Below are positions 50,199 to 63,204 of a stretch of 64,000 bases of DNA, piece by piece. The position numbers and the translations under genes are program-made. The DNA comes from Torpedo marmorata (lineage: Eukaryota), in contig OZ360238.1 of assembly GCA_977017645.1 (NCBI GenBank), positions 52,390,001 to 52,454,000 on the forward strand, read 5' to 3'. How positions within the stretch are numbered: the stretch's first letter is position 1; every line of letters begins with the position of its first letter. The notes below the pieces were generated by a model. That model saw nothing but the letters and a program-made list of their open reading frames with translations, ran no database searches and was not told where the DNA came from.

Positions 50199-50633
50199 GG
50201 CCCCTCTCCCCCGGCGCGGCCCGCGGGGCCCCTCTCCCCCGGCACGGCCCGCGGGGCCCCTCTCCCCCGGCGCGGCCCCTCTCCCCCGGCACGGCCCGCG
50301 GGGCCCCTCTCCCCCGGCACGGCCCGCGGGGCCCCTCTCCCCCGGCACGGCCCCTCTCCCCCGGCACGGCCCGCGGGGCCCCTCTCCCCCGGCGCGGCCC
50401 CTCTCCCCCCGCACGGCCCGCGGGGCCCCTCTCCCCCGGCGCGGCCCCTCTCCCCCGGCGCGGCCCGCGGGGCCCCTCTCCCCCGGCACGGCCCCTCTCC
50501 CCCGGCACGGCCCCTCTCCCCCGGCACGGCCCGCGGGGCCCCTCTCCCCCGGCGCGGCCCCTCTCCCCCGGCGCGGCCCCTCTCCCCCGGCGCGGCCCGC
50601 GGGGCCCCTCTCCCCCGGCGCGGCCCGCGGGCC
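50199..50633. repeat. GC-rich minisatellite with 17- and 29-bp units
   Basis: GGCCCCTCTCCCCCGGC(A/G)C with optional GGCCCGCGG insert. Confidence 0.95.
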
Positions 50634-50894
50634 GCTCTTCCCCCTCCCCCTCCAAAATCAGAGATAATTGGAAGTTGTATTCGTGTAGTTGCTCTCAAAT
50701 CCCATTCGATTGGGCTCCAAGCACTTGGTGACAGATGAAATACAGCTCCCTCAGATGGGAATGTGATCATCTAGTTTTTAAAAAGAGTGCTGAGTGACTA
50801 GAATATTGGCCAAAACACCCACTTAATAGCCTATTCTTTGAAATAGTGTAATGATCTCTTGTGGTTGGCAATTCGTCTTTTGGGCAGTATTATT

Positions 50895-51090
50895 TTTTAA
50901 ATTTAAACATACATAACGGTAACAGGGCATTTCAGCCCACGAGTCCGTGCCGCCTAATTTACACCCAATTAACCTACACCCCCGGTACGTTTCGAACGGT
51001 GGGAGGAATCCGGAGCCTCCGGGGAAAACCCACGCAGACACGGGGAGAACGTACTAACTCCTTACGGACGGGATTCGAACCCCGGGACGG
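50895..51090 (-). mobile_element. tRNA-derived SINE (V-SINE/HE1-like)
   Basis: B-box GGTTCGAATCC and TCTGCGTGGGTTTTCCCCGG core on the minus strand. Confidence 0.8.
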
Positions 51091-51871
51091 GACTTTTAGG
51101 TGGTAGAACGAAGAAAGTACTTTCAATCTGAAGTTTGTGCATATTCTGTTAATGCTGTTGTGTTTGATTCACTTACTGAAGTCTTTTGTGTCTGTTTATT
51201 GTTAAATTATTGTTTACAGGTTTATTGTTGAACTTAAGCAATTTCCTGAATAATATTGCCACTTGTACTTCATTTTGCTGCTTATTATTCAATGCTGTCA
51301 AAGATCAATGAGTGATCAAAGATATCCAACTATGAGGACATCACAAATTATTTGCTTTAATTCTGTACTTAATGAATAGTGGTCACAGTATAGTCAAAAG
51401 AATTGGAAGTATTGCATTTTTTAAACCCTAGCCTTGTGTATCTTTATTTGTTAATGCTGTTTGATATTTGTAAAGTATAAACTTACTGGAAAATAAATAT
51501 TTTTGAGAGACGAGTCATGGCATTTCTGCTGTATTTTGCAAGTTTATAAGATAAAATGAATAATCTAAGGATGAAATGTAACAAGGATAGAGAGATATAC
51601 ATGGATTTAATTTTTGTTTTACAGAGCCATCCAGAAAACCCTGCCCCAATGTAAACAGTAATGGCAGAATTGAAAATGTGAAATATGCATGTTTGAATAA
51701 AACAGTAGGTCTGCAAAGCAAAGCTGAGACATAATATTCAGTGAGTTTCTCATACACTTTTAAATTCAACAAAATTTATTTAATCTATTTTTATGGTTAG
51801 TAATTGATGATCAGCAAGATTAAAGTGTTGTACTAAATGTTTTAAACTGACAAACTTTTCTACCCAAGACT

Positions 51872-51969
51872 ATGGATTATTTACGTGAAGATGTTACATT
51901 GCGTACTCTAATGAAGGGTGTGATTGCTGAAGAGATTCCAAAGAGCATAGTATGTCCAGGGAAACAGAG
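51872..51969 (+). CDS. CENPT: Centromere protein T, first coding exon
   Basis: MDYLREDVTLRTLMKGVIAEE resembles the CENP-T N-terminal TPRTLL motif; acceptor AG 51867-68, donor GT 51970, phase 2. Confidence 0.75.
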
Positions 51970-52479
51970 GTTAGTATGTTTTCGATCTCTCTTCGTTACC
52001 AAGTACTATACTAAGTGCTGTCATAGTTGTACTAAATTTCGTAGATGCTCATTTTTAAAGTAAGTTGCAAGCTGGTGCTTCAGTTGGACACGAAGATCTG
52101 AGCTGTCAATAAAGTATATAATAATTTCTATAAAGTATCTTGATGTTGAATCTTAATGTTTTGCAGCTGTGGAAGCTCACTGGGCAACTTGCTCTTGAGC
52201 CTTCTCAATGCTGCTATAGGTACCCACGATGTCAATTGACATCAGATTGATGAGTTGATTTTTGAATATTTTACTGCTTTGATGTGACTCATCGTTATTC
52301 GTGTTATTCAGTTCCCTCCATAATTACATTGATTAATGGATATTCATGGTGTCCAGTGGAAAATTCTTATTTCAACAACACTTTGCAACTATTTTAACCA
52401 GTTGCATTCAAGTACTTGTGTGGCAAGTATACAATACTTGCTGAATTAAGAGTTAATTCTCTTTCTCTTTAAAATGTAG

Positions 52480-52597
52480 GTTACGAAAAAGCATGGGTAA
52501 TTCTAAGACGCTCACTGATGTTGCAATGCAGCAATCTCCACAAATGATTCTCCGTAGCCAAATGAAAACAAAAGTCCGATCTCAGAAACAAATGGCA
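52480..52597 (+). CDS. CENPT: Centromere protein T, coding exon 2
   Basis: tgtag|G...GCA|gtacgt; phase 2 to 0 keeps frame (LRKSMGNSK...SPQMILRSQMK). Confidence 0.72.
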
Positions 52598-53319
52598 GTA
52601 CGTAACAAATCACTTTCTTTCTATTTAATTCCAACAAACACCAGTGTTTGTTTTACTGCTTTGTGGTGGTTAGTTGCTGATCCTTAGTAAAGCATTTTCT
52701 AAAAGTTTTAATTGTCTTCCATTGGAAGTCTGGTACTGTATACTAACATACCAGGATACAGGCAGCCTCTTTCTTACAGTTGACTTGTGGTAATTCACCC
52801 ATAGAGAATTCACAAATTACTACCCGAATATTTGAGATGCAGAATAAAATTTGCCCTCTTCGGAAAGAAAATTCACCGGGGAAGTAGAGATAAACATTTT
52901 TTTAACAACTCTCATTTCCTGATGGGTACATATGTGGCTTTATGTCGCAGAAAATGTGATTTAGACCATTTTCTAGGAACACAAATTGCAAACTGGATTC
53001 ATTCTCAGAGGCTTCGCCATTCCAGAAATCGCTCGATCATTGGTTGGTGAATAGGAATTCCCAGCACTAGCAGTTGTCCCTTAACATATACTGTACAAGG
53101 GATAAACATTTTACAACAGTAAAATGCACATATAATTCAGTGACTATATGACATGGGGTTGGGTCATAAAACAGGAATCACAATCTCACAGTGGTACTTT
53201 CAATCCCAGGTAAAATGGCAACAATGATAACAAAATATGTTGTTAATCCCATTTTTTAACTTGTCATTGCCTTGAACACAATGCTGTCTAGCATTTCATA
53301 TTCATCAATTATAGAGAGG

Positions 53320-54480
53320 AAGGAGACCAGATAAGGGAGAAATGTTGGGTAGATGGGAACAATAGAAGGAGGGAATAGGGGAACCAGTGAGAGGAGTGTG
53401 TGAGTGATGGTCGGATGAAGCCAGGTGGGGAGGGGGGCTGGGGAAAGAAAGTGGATAGCAGTGGGTTGGGGTATGGGGTGTGTTTATGTGTGAGGAGAGT
53501 GTGTGAAGATTTGGGTGGATCAGGAAGAGAGAAGACCAGAGGGATTGCAGGTTACCAGAAATCAGAGAATTCCGTGTTCATGCCATTTGGGTTGTTGACT
53601 ACACAGGCGGAATATGAGCTGCTGATCCTCTAGTTTGCGGTTGGCCTCATCCTGGCAGTGGAGAAGGCTGAGAATAGTCTGGCCGTTGTGGGAATACAGA
53701 GGGTGAGTTAAAATGGCTTGCAACCAGGAGCTTGAGATGGCCATTGCAGATAAAGGCCAGGCGCTCGGCAAAACGGTTGCCTTGTCTGCGCCTGGTCTCA
53801 CTGATGTAGAGTTGGCTACATCAAGCACACCAAATGCAGTAGATGAATTTGAAGGAGGTGCACATGAATCTTTGCTTCACCTGGAAGGGCTGTTTGGGTC
53901 CCTGGATAGTGGCAAGGGAGAAAGTGTAGGAACAGGTGTTGTACCTCCTGCAGTTGCAGGGAAAGTGCCTGGAGAGATGTGTGGACCAGTGAATCACAGA
54001 GAGAGAGTGGTTCCTGAGAAAAGAATGGAAGAGGAAGATGAGACTGGTGGTGAAATTGCATGGTAGCTGATGAAAATGATGAATGATGAGAAGGCAAGGA
54101 AGGACGAAGAGAACTCAAAATCTATTCCTTTTGGGGAGGAAGGCAGGTTGATAATGGAAGGGTGGGAAATAAAGGAGATGAAAGTGAGGGCTTGCTCAAT
54201 CATAGTCAAAGAGAAACTGCCTTTCCTGAAAAAGGAGGATATTTCAGAAGTCCTGAAGTGGAACGCCTCGTCTATAAAACAGTTGTAATGATGATGGAGT
54301 AATTAAATGAAAGAGATGGTATCTTTGCAAGAAATAGATGGAAGGAGATGGAGTTGAGTTGGCTGTGGGTGTCGATGGATTTATAGTCAATGTTTTCTGA
54401 GGTGAGGACAGATCCAGAAAGGGGAGACCTGTGTTGGAAATAGTCCAAGTGAATTTGAGGGCTGGGTGGAAGGTAGTGAT
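53320..54480 (-). mobile_element. Old Penelope-like element fragment
   Basis: RKLEDQQLIFRLCSQQP GIY-YIG tail and RT remnants similar to 43566-44600. Confidence 0.75.
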
Positions 54481-54874
54481 ATCAGGGTGAAGTCAATGGG
54501 TGTGAAAGGAAAAACCCTTCAATTGCCAGAGTCATACTTCCCGCAAAGGAATGTGGCTGTGGATACACAATGTTCAATTTTATTCGTGAACATCAGTAAA
54601 TGAACTGGCCCATTGATGCAGCAAGGAGGCGACATCCAGCTCTGAAGTAACGTTCATGCATCAGAAATGTCAGAAAATGACCATCTCCTACAAGAGAGAA
54701 TATAACCATCAACCCTTGATATTCAATGGCACTTCATCAACAATTTCTCTACTATTAATATTGGAAGGATCACCTTTAACTAGAAACTCAAATGCAGTTT
54801 CTCTTCTGTCAACATACATAAATAGTCTGAGGCTGAGTATCCTGCAGTGACTCGCCTCCAAATCTCCCAGGTTT

Positions 54875-55115
54875 TTTTTAAAATGTGGATCCTACAAAAC
54901 ACAAATTTGGCATGTGGACATCCAGCGCAGTCACAGACCCTTCCGGCCCATGAGCCCGTGCCGCCCAATTGAACAACAACCCCCATGCGTTTTGAAGGGT
55001 GGGAGGAAACACACGGGGAGAACGTACAAACTCCTTACAGACAGCACCGGATTCGAACTCGGGTCGCTGGCGCTGTACCAGTGTTGTGCGAACTGCTATG
55101 CTAACTGTGCCGCCT
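54875..55115 (-). mobile_element. tRNA-derived SINE (V-SINE/HE1-like)
   Basis: A box TAGCATAGCAG and B box GAGTTCGAATCC on minus; same family as 56330. Confidence 0.82.
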
Positions 55116-55228
55116 ATTTGAATCTTGATGGAATTCTGAACTACTCTGTCTGGACGATTGCCTCGCCAGCGACCCGCAAGAAGCTTGATGTCCAAGGCAT
55201 TGCAATCTACTTGATTGGCACTCCAATA

Positions 55229-55683
55229 CAGGTATACCCCGCTTTACGAAACGAGAGCATTTCGACAGAACCTTTCGTAAGCTGAAATAGCATAAAGCAA
55301 AGAAGCGATTACCATTGATTTCTATGGGAAAAACGTTTGAGCGTTCCCAGACCCAAAAAATAACCTACCAAATCATACCAAATAAAACACAAAACCTAAA
55401 ATAACAATAACATATAGTAAAAGCAGAAATGATATGATAAATACACAGTCTATATAAAGTAGAAATAATGTATGTACAGTGTAATTTCACTTACCAGAAT
55501 TGGGAAGACAACGAGTTTTGACAGTCCCGCTGGCCGCCCTGTGACCGCCCCGCCGGCCGCTCTGTGACAGCTCCACCGGCCGCTTTTTCGTACAAGCGAA
55601 AATCCTTTCGTAAAAGTGAACACAGGTTTCTTCGTAAAAGCAAATTTGCGTAAAGCGAGTATTCGTAAAGCGGGGTATACCTG
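55229..55683. mobile_element. Tigger-type MITE
   Basis: Perfect TIR CAGGTATACCCCGCTTTACGAA with TA duplication on both sides. Confidence 0.92.
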
Positions 55684-56329
55684 TACCTCCAATGTGGTGC
55701 ACAGCAGCTGCAGAAATTGATGCTACAAAATTTGCTTGCTCAGTCAACTCTGATAGCATTCTGCAAACCTGCGACCTCTGCAACAAAGTCAAGATGAGCA
55801 GTCATATTAGAACCCACTGATTCACTTTCAAATTACACATTGCCCTGACTTGGCAATATATTGTTGGTATGTCACCGTCATTGGGCCAAACTCCCCATGC
55901 AACAGCACTGTGGAAGAACCTTTTTACCAGGGGAACTGCAGGGGTTTAACATGGCTTATGGGAAATTAGCAATATTCAGATCCTGACAATGAATTTGTAT
56001 CCAGCAATTGCAGGTGAATTTATAAAGCTTTTGGATTTATTGTTGGGAATGGGGTAGGTGGTTTCTTTCATGCGGCCAATACTCTGACAAATTAATGTCA
56101 CAAGCTTAATTGCTGGTATTTGCATCAGTATTCAGCAGGTAGATGTCTGTCAGAATGCCAAAAGAAGAATGAGAGTTTTATTTGCTGTTATTGTGCTGGA
56201 TGACCACAGTCATGCCCAGATATTTGGTTTATTCTCTCTTTGAAGTGGATATCATTAAATATTTGTGAGATGCAGGTGAATCTGAAGCAGTCTTTCGACA
56301 GGATCAATTATTTGTTTCCCGTGGTCAAG

Positions 56330-56600
56330 GGTAGCATGTTTAGCGTAGCGGTTAGCGCAACACTCTTACAGCAGCAACAATTGAGACCGGGGTTTGAATC
56401 CCGCGCTGTCTGTGAGGAGTTTGTACATTCTCCCCTTGTCTGCGTGGGTTTCCTCCGGGGGCTCTGGTTTCCTCCCACCGTTCAATACGTACTGGGGGTT
56501 GTAGGTCAATTGGGTGTAATTCGGCGGCATGGGCCGAAAGGGCCTGTTACTGTGCTGTTTGTCTAAATTAAAAAAAATAAAAATAAAAATTTAAAATTTA
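56330..56600 (+). mobile_element. tRNA-derived SINE (V-SINE/HE1-like)
   Basis: TAGCGTAGCGG A box, GGTTTGAATCC B box, conserved core, A-rich tail. Confidence 0.85.
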
Positions 56601-56951
56601 ATTGAAAAAAATTTAAAAAACAATTACTCCAAAAGGTATTTCATAGTCTCTCAGCATCAAATATTTGTAAAACCATGGAGATTCTGTTGTTTAATGGTTT
56701 GACAAACTTCTGAAGACAAGATTAAAATCCTGCAAACCTTTAACTTTGTGGAATTGGGGAGGTGTTGAGTACGTAAATACCTAAATAAATGTTTGTTTTG
56801 GGTTATCTATCGCCCTTTTTCTACTGTACTACGTTGTCAGTGGAAATGAATATGTGAATAGGCTGGTGGAACTCTAAGACTTCAGACATATTAAAGTCTG
56901 AAACATATGCTGCAATACATATTCATTATAACAAACTTTTTTTGGTCAAAG

Positions 56952-57093
56952 GCAACAACTCGATCGTCTGCAGAATATTCAACCAGAAAGAATTCTTCAG
57001 CATTGAGGAAATCAAAGCATTTAGAAACAGTTCCTCAAGAGAATCTAAATGATTACACTCCAAGAATACTGCTGAAGAAATTCATACAGACTG
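56952..57093 (+). CDS. CENPT: Centromere protein T, coding exon 3
   Basis: DYTPRILLKKFIQT matches the second CENP-T TPRTLLK motif; aag|GCA...ACTG|gtgggt, phase 0 to 1. Confidence 0.82.
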
Positions 57094-57893
57094 GTGGGTA
57101 GCAATGTGATTTTTTTTTTAACAGATTTTATTAGTTGTAGATTGGCTGTGGTACAGTGATCAAGTTACCAGTCTGTAATCCAGATGCCTGGTCTTGCATG
57201 CAAGATGATTAGTTGTTTCCTTTCTGCATCATCTCAGTTCACTTTTTAACCACTAATGAAGCCTCTGCAGAGGTGAATCTGTAAATAGGCTCGCAAAGTT
57301 TCAAGATTGTAACACAAACCAAAGTGCTGAATACCAGAAATAAAGTGAGAATGACTGCCTTTGACATGAGCATGTGATCAAATGTAGCATGAAAGAGCTC
57401 AGGTAAAACTGGTCAATGTCATCAAAGGGGGACAAAAAAATCCAGCGGTTGGATACAGGAACCTTGCACAAAAGGTGATTATTTGAAGGTCAATTATTCC
57501 AGCCATGGGATTTCCTCGGCAGATCCCAATCTTGGAGCTGCTTCAGTCATGACATTCCTGTCATATTGGGTCAGAAGTTGGGCTGTTTGCACATTAAGTT
57601 CTATTCAAGGTATGATGGTAGTGCAGTAGCTAAATTACTGAAGTGTTAACCCAGAGAGTCGATTAACAATCCAGAAAACAAAGTTCAAATTCTATTGAGT
57701 TTATATTCTTCCCCTTGTAATGGCACGAAGACCATTCGGTCTCTGCTGGCTCTCAGACTTTTTGATTGCACAATATTCAATTCCATTTGCAACTTCTCAC
57801 CAAATCAAGCAGTGCTTGTCACTTGCAGCAAGACTTGGGACAACATTCAGACACAGGTTTGTAACTGACGAGAAATAATCACGGTATAAGTGT

Positions 57894-59157
57894 AAATTGA
57901 TTCTGAAGTAAAAAGCACAATGCTGGAGAAATTCAGCAGGTCAAACCATGTACTTTATATAGCAAAGATAAAGATACATAACCAACGTTTCGGGCTCAAG
58001 CCCGAAACGTTATGTATCTTTACCGTTGCTATGTAAAGTACATGGTTTGACCTGCTGAGTTTCTCCAGCATTGTGCTTTTTACTTCAGAATCAATTTATT
58101 GTCATGAACAAGTCATGAAATTCGGTGTTTTGCGGCAGCATCATAGTGCAAACATTCATGTTATAAACCATCTTACGACATTACTATAAAAAAATATAAG
58201 TAATAGTGCAGGAAAAGTAAGGCAGTGTCTTTGGTTCATTGATTATTCAGGAATCTGATGGCAGCGGGGAAGAAGCTGTCCTTGTGCCGTTGAGTGCTCG
58301 TCTTTAGGCTCCTTTACCTTTTTCCTGATGGTAGCAGAGTGAAGAGGGCATGGCCTGGGTGGTGGGGGTCTTTGAGGACAGAGGCTGCTTTTATCATGTA
58401 GATATCCTCGATAGAGTGAACTCTTGTCTGGTGCCTGTGATGTCACAGGCCGAGTTAATAACCCTCTGGAGTTTATTCTTGTCCTGAGAGTTGGCGCCTC
58501 CATACCAGGCAGTGATGCAACCAGCCAGAATGCTCTCCACGGTACACCTGTAGAAGTTTACGAGAATCGGTGACATACCGAATCTCCTCAGACACCTCAC
58601 AAAGTATAGCCGCTGGAAAGCCGCCTTTGTGATTGCATCAACGTGGAGGCTCCAGGACAGATCCTCGGAGATGTTGACACCCAGGAATTTGAAGTTCTTG
58701 GCCCTCTCCACTACTGAGTCCTCGATGAGGACTGGGTCGTGTTCCCCTGACTTCCTTCTGAAGTCCACAATCATATCCTTGGTTTTGCTGACGTTGAGCA
58801 CAAGGTTGTTGTCGTTACACCATTCAACGAGCTGATCTATCTCCCTCCTGTACGCTTCCTCATTGCCATTTGTGATTCTGTCGACAACTGTGGTGTCATC
58901 GGAGTTTAAGAAAATTTGACATCCTGGAAAGAGGATTGGAGCAGTAATCTGGAAAGAGAGGGAGATGCTGTTCTGTCTTGTATCATCCTTATCATAGGAG
59001 ATACACAACATAAGTGGCTTTTAAATAAGTAAGACCACTTCTGACTGCCTCTAAGAAAAGAGGGCAGCCCCGTGTGTAACTTTCGATTAAGAAAAAAATT
59101 ATCGTGGAAAACAGGATCCGGACAACTATGGTGACTGCAGACTTTCATGTTTTACTT
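57894..59157. mobile_element. Composite insertion: Penelope hairpin + Rex1 3' fragment (-) + LTR-A-like fragment + Penelope 3' tip
   Basis: 14-bp TSD CA(C/T)GGTATAAGTGT (57880-57893 / 59158-59171); palindrome 57894-58097; Rex 58085-58900; LTR-like 58901-59120. Confidence 0.8.
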
Positions 59158-59851
59158 CATGGTATAAGTGTGTCAATCAGTAACCATCTCTAGCCACCCA
59201 CCATTGATATTCAGTGCCACTATCATGGCCTGATTTTCCCCACCATATCTTTGGTGTCACCATTTACCTGAATCTCAACCTGACCACCCACATAAATACC
59301 ATGGCCCCAAGACCAAGCCAGAGGTTGGGTGTTCTTTGAATGATTTACCACTGAACCCCCCACCCAACCCCAAAGCTTTCCTACCATCCACAAGGCAGGC
59401 ATGTGATGGGATACATGCCTTTTGTCCAGATTAGTGCAACTCGAGCAACATTCAAGAAGCTCAGCACCTTTTAAAGACCAAGCAACTCACTCAATTGGAA
59501 CCCCATCCACCTTCCTAAACATTAATTTCCTCTACTGCTGTCGCACTATGGCTGCAGTGTGTGCTGCCTCTCTCCTGGTTGACATGTTCACTTCTACATT
59601 CAAAATCTAGTGCAGCAGGTGCATGAGGACACCACTGTCTGCAGTTTACGTCCAAATCACACCCCATCCTGATGTGAAACACCTATCAATGTTTATTGTC
59701 ACATGGTTTAAATCTTGGGACACCTGAAGGAATTCAGTGGATCAAACAGAGCTTATCACCACCTGTTTCAAGGGCAAGTGGGAATGAACAATGCTTGTTG
59801 GCCTTCCCAGGGACTCATCATAAACAAATCATTAAAAGCAGGACAGCATTT

Positions 59852-60712
59852 TGTTACAAATTCAAACCAGCAACGACAGAAGACGCAATGCAAAAGGGGT
59901 AAAATTGAAATTTATATTTATTAAAGACAATTAAACATATAATTTCACAACAATTAACCCCACTATAAACGTCTATAAACACTATTCTTATCTAAAAGGT
60001 GTGTGTATGTGTAAAGCCCAGACCATTACAGTCTGTGCCAAACCCTCATGTAAAAACGGAAAAACTTTCCCCAAAAACCCCAGGTCAGTCATAAAAACAA
60101 GTCAGTCAAAAAAATATAATACAGTCCACAAAAATTCACTCTAAGTTCAGGTTCCAAATTCAACTCTGTGTGCTGGTAGAAGGACTTTTCAATGAATGTT
60201 GGAGAGAGACAATGACTGTTTATGCTTACGAATACTTGGCTTGTTTTTTTCTTCTCTGATGACTTTCCCTTTTGGTAGAGATTCACGAGGATTGCGACTC
60301 CAAATCAGTATACCACTGATTGAGGCGTGTGCTTGGATCTCACAGCTGGTCTCGCTGATCTCACGCCTGTTCTCCACAAAAGTTGCTTTTAACTCAGGAT
60401 TTCTCTGAGACAGGAGGCCATGTGCTATTCTTCCAGCCTTTTCCTCTGGGATGCACAAGCCTGGATTTGGCTGTGTTCTCTAGCCTTTGCAACTCCAAAC
60501 TGCCTGCTTTTTGCAGAGGTCTGCACCTGCTTTTGCAAAAGTGCAACAAAGTATCTTTTCCACAGCCTGTCTCTCTCTGGTCTCTCTCTCTGGGTACACC
60601 AAGTCCTGGGCAAGTTAACTCTTTCAGTACCTGGTCCCAGTGTGTACTCCAAAAGACTTCATCCTTCCTGCTGACCGTCCGCAGTCCAAATGGTCAGTCA
60701 TGGTCCATAACA
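59852..60712 (-). mobile_element. Solo LTR (family B)
   Basis: TGTTACA...CCATAACA; reverse complement of 46194-47029. Confidence 0.85.
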
Positions 60713-60865
60713 AAATATGGATTTTTAATGAACAGTCCAAAACAAAAAAATTGTGCTTAAATAGTTGAAAAAGGGGGCTATCAATCTAATCGTATCAGTT
60801 CTGATTTATGGAAATTGTATTGTGGCAAAAATGAAAATGGGAGATGCTTTGCAGTTCCATGAGCA

Positions 60866-61248
60866 TGTGGAGGATCGGTCTTATTCCTTGATCCTGGTTC
60901 TGGGGTGAGATCCGAATCAGCAGTTTACTCTCCTGAGGAATGAAGGACTCGGACTTTTCTTCAGCCAATTCCCTTTATTCTACACAGGCTTGTGGGAGGT
61001 CCGTTACCCCTGCGCGGGGAACCAGGAGCTCCCTGAACATATAATTACATTGGTCTGTCTATTCCCATGTGACAAGCATTACCCTATCAACATTAAGCTA
61101 CACACCTATTCATCTGCAAATTGCATCATTATGCGAACCAATCTCGTAACCAGGTTTCCCCTTTTCTCAGGCATTGTTCTTGCCACCTGAATGGGGAAAC
61201 TCCAGGCTGGTGGAAACTTACTAGCTGGGCTGGGGTTGTCCAGCAACA
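60866..61248 (-). mobile_element. Possible solo LTR
   Basis: TG...CA ends with near-TSD AGCA/AACA. Confidence 0.35.
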
Positions 61249-61574
61249 AACATCAATTCATTATTGCATTATTCAAATTACATTCTTGATTACATTTGTT
61301 CAGAGTCTTACTTCTACAAGCACCATTCTTGATTAAATGGCAATCATTTTGTAATCTGAAATGTTACGGTTCATGTTAACCAGATTGCCTTTTTATTGAC
61401 CTGTCTACATAGGATTTCTCAATTTTAAAGCAAAAATTCTAATCTTAGTAGTTTCTCGCTCTTAGTAAAGCAAGTTCAGTTCTACTTGAGATATAAATTT
61501 CTCAGTTCCAAGGAGATTTAATTACGGTACTTAATGAGCATTTTTTTAACCTCCAATGAAACTTTTTAACCTCC

Positions 61575-63047
61575 AATGAACGATGAGTCACACTACAGAG
61601 AAGAAGTGGAAAATGTCGTGAAATGGTGTGAGAGTAACAACCTGAGTCTCAACGTGGACAAGATGAAGGAGATGATCGTGGACTTCAGGAGGATCAGGAA
61701 CGACCACCCTCCACTACACATCAACAACTCTGTAGTAGAGAGAGTGGAGAGCACCAAGTTTCTTGGAGTTCACTTAACTAGTGACCTATCGTCAACACTC
61801 AACATCTCCTCACTTGTCAGGAAGGCGCAACAGCGACTGCACTTCCTGAGAAGACTGAAGCGGGCAAGGCTGCCGGCTTCCATTATGTCAACCTTTGTTA
61901 CAACTCAAACCAGCAACAACAGAAGACGCAATTCAAAAGGGTTAAATTTTAACTCTATTTATTAATGACTATTAACAATATAATGTCTTAACACAATTAA
62001 CCCCACTATAAGTATCTATAGCAAATATGCAGATATCATATATTTATAAACAGTGTGTATGTGAAAAACCCAGACCATTACATTCTGTGCCCAATATTCA
62101 AAAAGGAAAAATCCCCAAAACCCCAGGTCAGTAAGTCAGTCCAAAAAACACAGTCCACAAAATTCAATCTCAAAGTTCAATGTCCAAGTTCAGTTCTTCA
62201 ACTGATAACAAAGGACGTTGTATTGAACGTTGGAGAGAGAAATGACTGATGTTGCGTTGCAGTAAGCCTACGAATCCTTTTTCAGGCTTCCTCAGATGAC
62301 TTCCCTTGTTTCTCAAAGTGTGGTTTTTAACCCTTCCCCACTTATGAGACATGTGCATTTCACACAGCTCTCCAGCTGCCCTCTATCACTCCAACTGTCA
62401 TTCCATTGTCTCTGCACAGCTCGACCTTGGCGAGTCAGCACTCAGCTGTACCACAAGTCAGTCAGCACTCAGCTGTACCACAAGTCACACAGTTCTCAGC
62501 AGAATTCCATCCTTTATAATGACAGTCCAAAAGGTCAGTCCATGGTCCATAACACCATCTATAGGAGCTCTTATCAAGAGCGTCCTGGCCGGCTGCATCA
62601 TAGTGTGGTTCGGTTGCTGCAGAGAAATGGATCGGAGGTCAATCCACAGGACCATAAGAATGGCAAAGAGGATCACTGGAGTCTCCCTCACCCTCATTGG
62701 CACGATCTACCGGGATCGTTGTCTGAAGAGGGCGTGCAAAATCATTGAGGATCCCTTCCACCCCGCACACAGCATCTTTCAGCTGCTCCCATCGGGGAAG
62801 ACATACAGGAGTATCAGAGCCAGCACCACCAGGCTGAGGAATAGCTTCTTCCCACGGGCATTGAGAATGCTGAATGACCAAAGGAACTGCTCACACGAAC
62901 CATCCGAGACAGTCATATTCATGAAGCAATATTTATTTATTTATTTGTATAGATGAAATACTTGTCCTGCATATGTATTGTTTGTCTGTATGTGTGTTCT
63001 GTCTGGTTGTATGTCTGCATGTTTTGCACTGAGGACCGGAGAACGCT
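61575..63047 (+). mobile_element. Rex1-like LINE 3' part split by an LTR
   Basis: NDESHYREEV...KFLGVHL...LHFLRRLK, resuming at 62555; AATAAACTTGAC tail. Confidence 0.9.
61896..62554 (-). mobile_element. Solo LTR, diverged family-B relative
   Basis: TGTTACA...CCATAACA; 4-bp TSD CCTT/CCAT inside the Rex ORF. Confidence 0.85.
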
Positions 63048-63204
63048 GTTTTGTCGGGTTGTACTTGTACAATCAAATGACAATAAACTTGACGTGACTT
63101 GACTTGGGCAGTTGGTCAGGTAACTACTATTGTTACTTATGAACAGATCTTTTCATTGCATTAAGAGTGTCTTTTTACACTCTACCGTTTGCTTTCTTAA
63201 ATAG

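Noticed and set aside
50048-50770. Collagen-like Pro/Gly/Arg ORFs in six frames
   Set aside because: Minisatellite lacking stop codons.
56330-56410. tRNA gene
   Set aside because: The A/B boxes belong to a SINE head present in three copies with SINE body and tail.
46194-60712. Family-B LTRs as ends of one provirus or a past inversion
   Set aside because: They are inverted, there is no gag/pol between, swapped flanks do not restore TSDs, and CENPT exons stay collinear across the right copy.
61543-61580. 20-bp tandem duplication TTTTTAACCTCCAATGAA at a Rex 5' junction
   Set aside because: Ordinary junction or slippage duplication.
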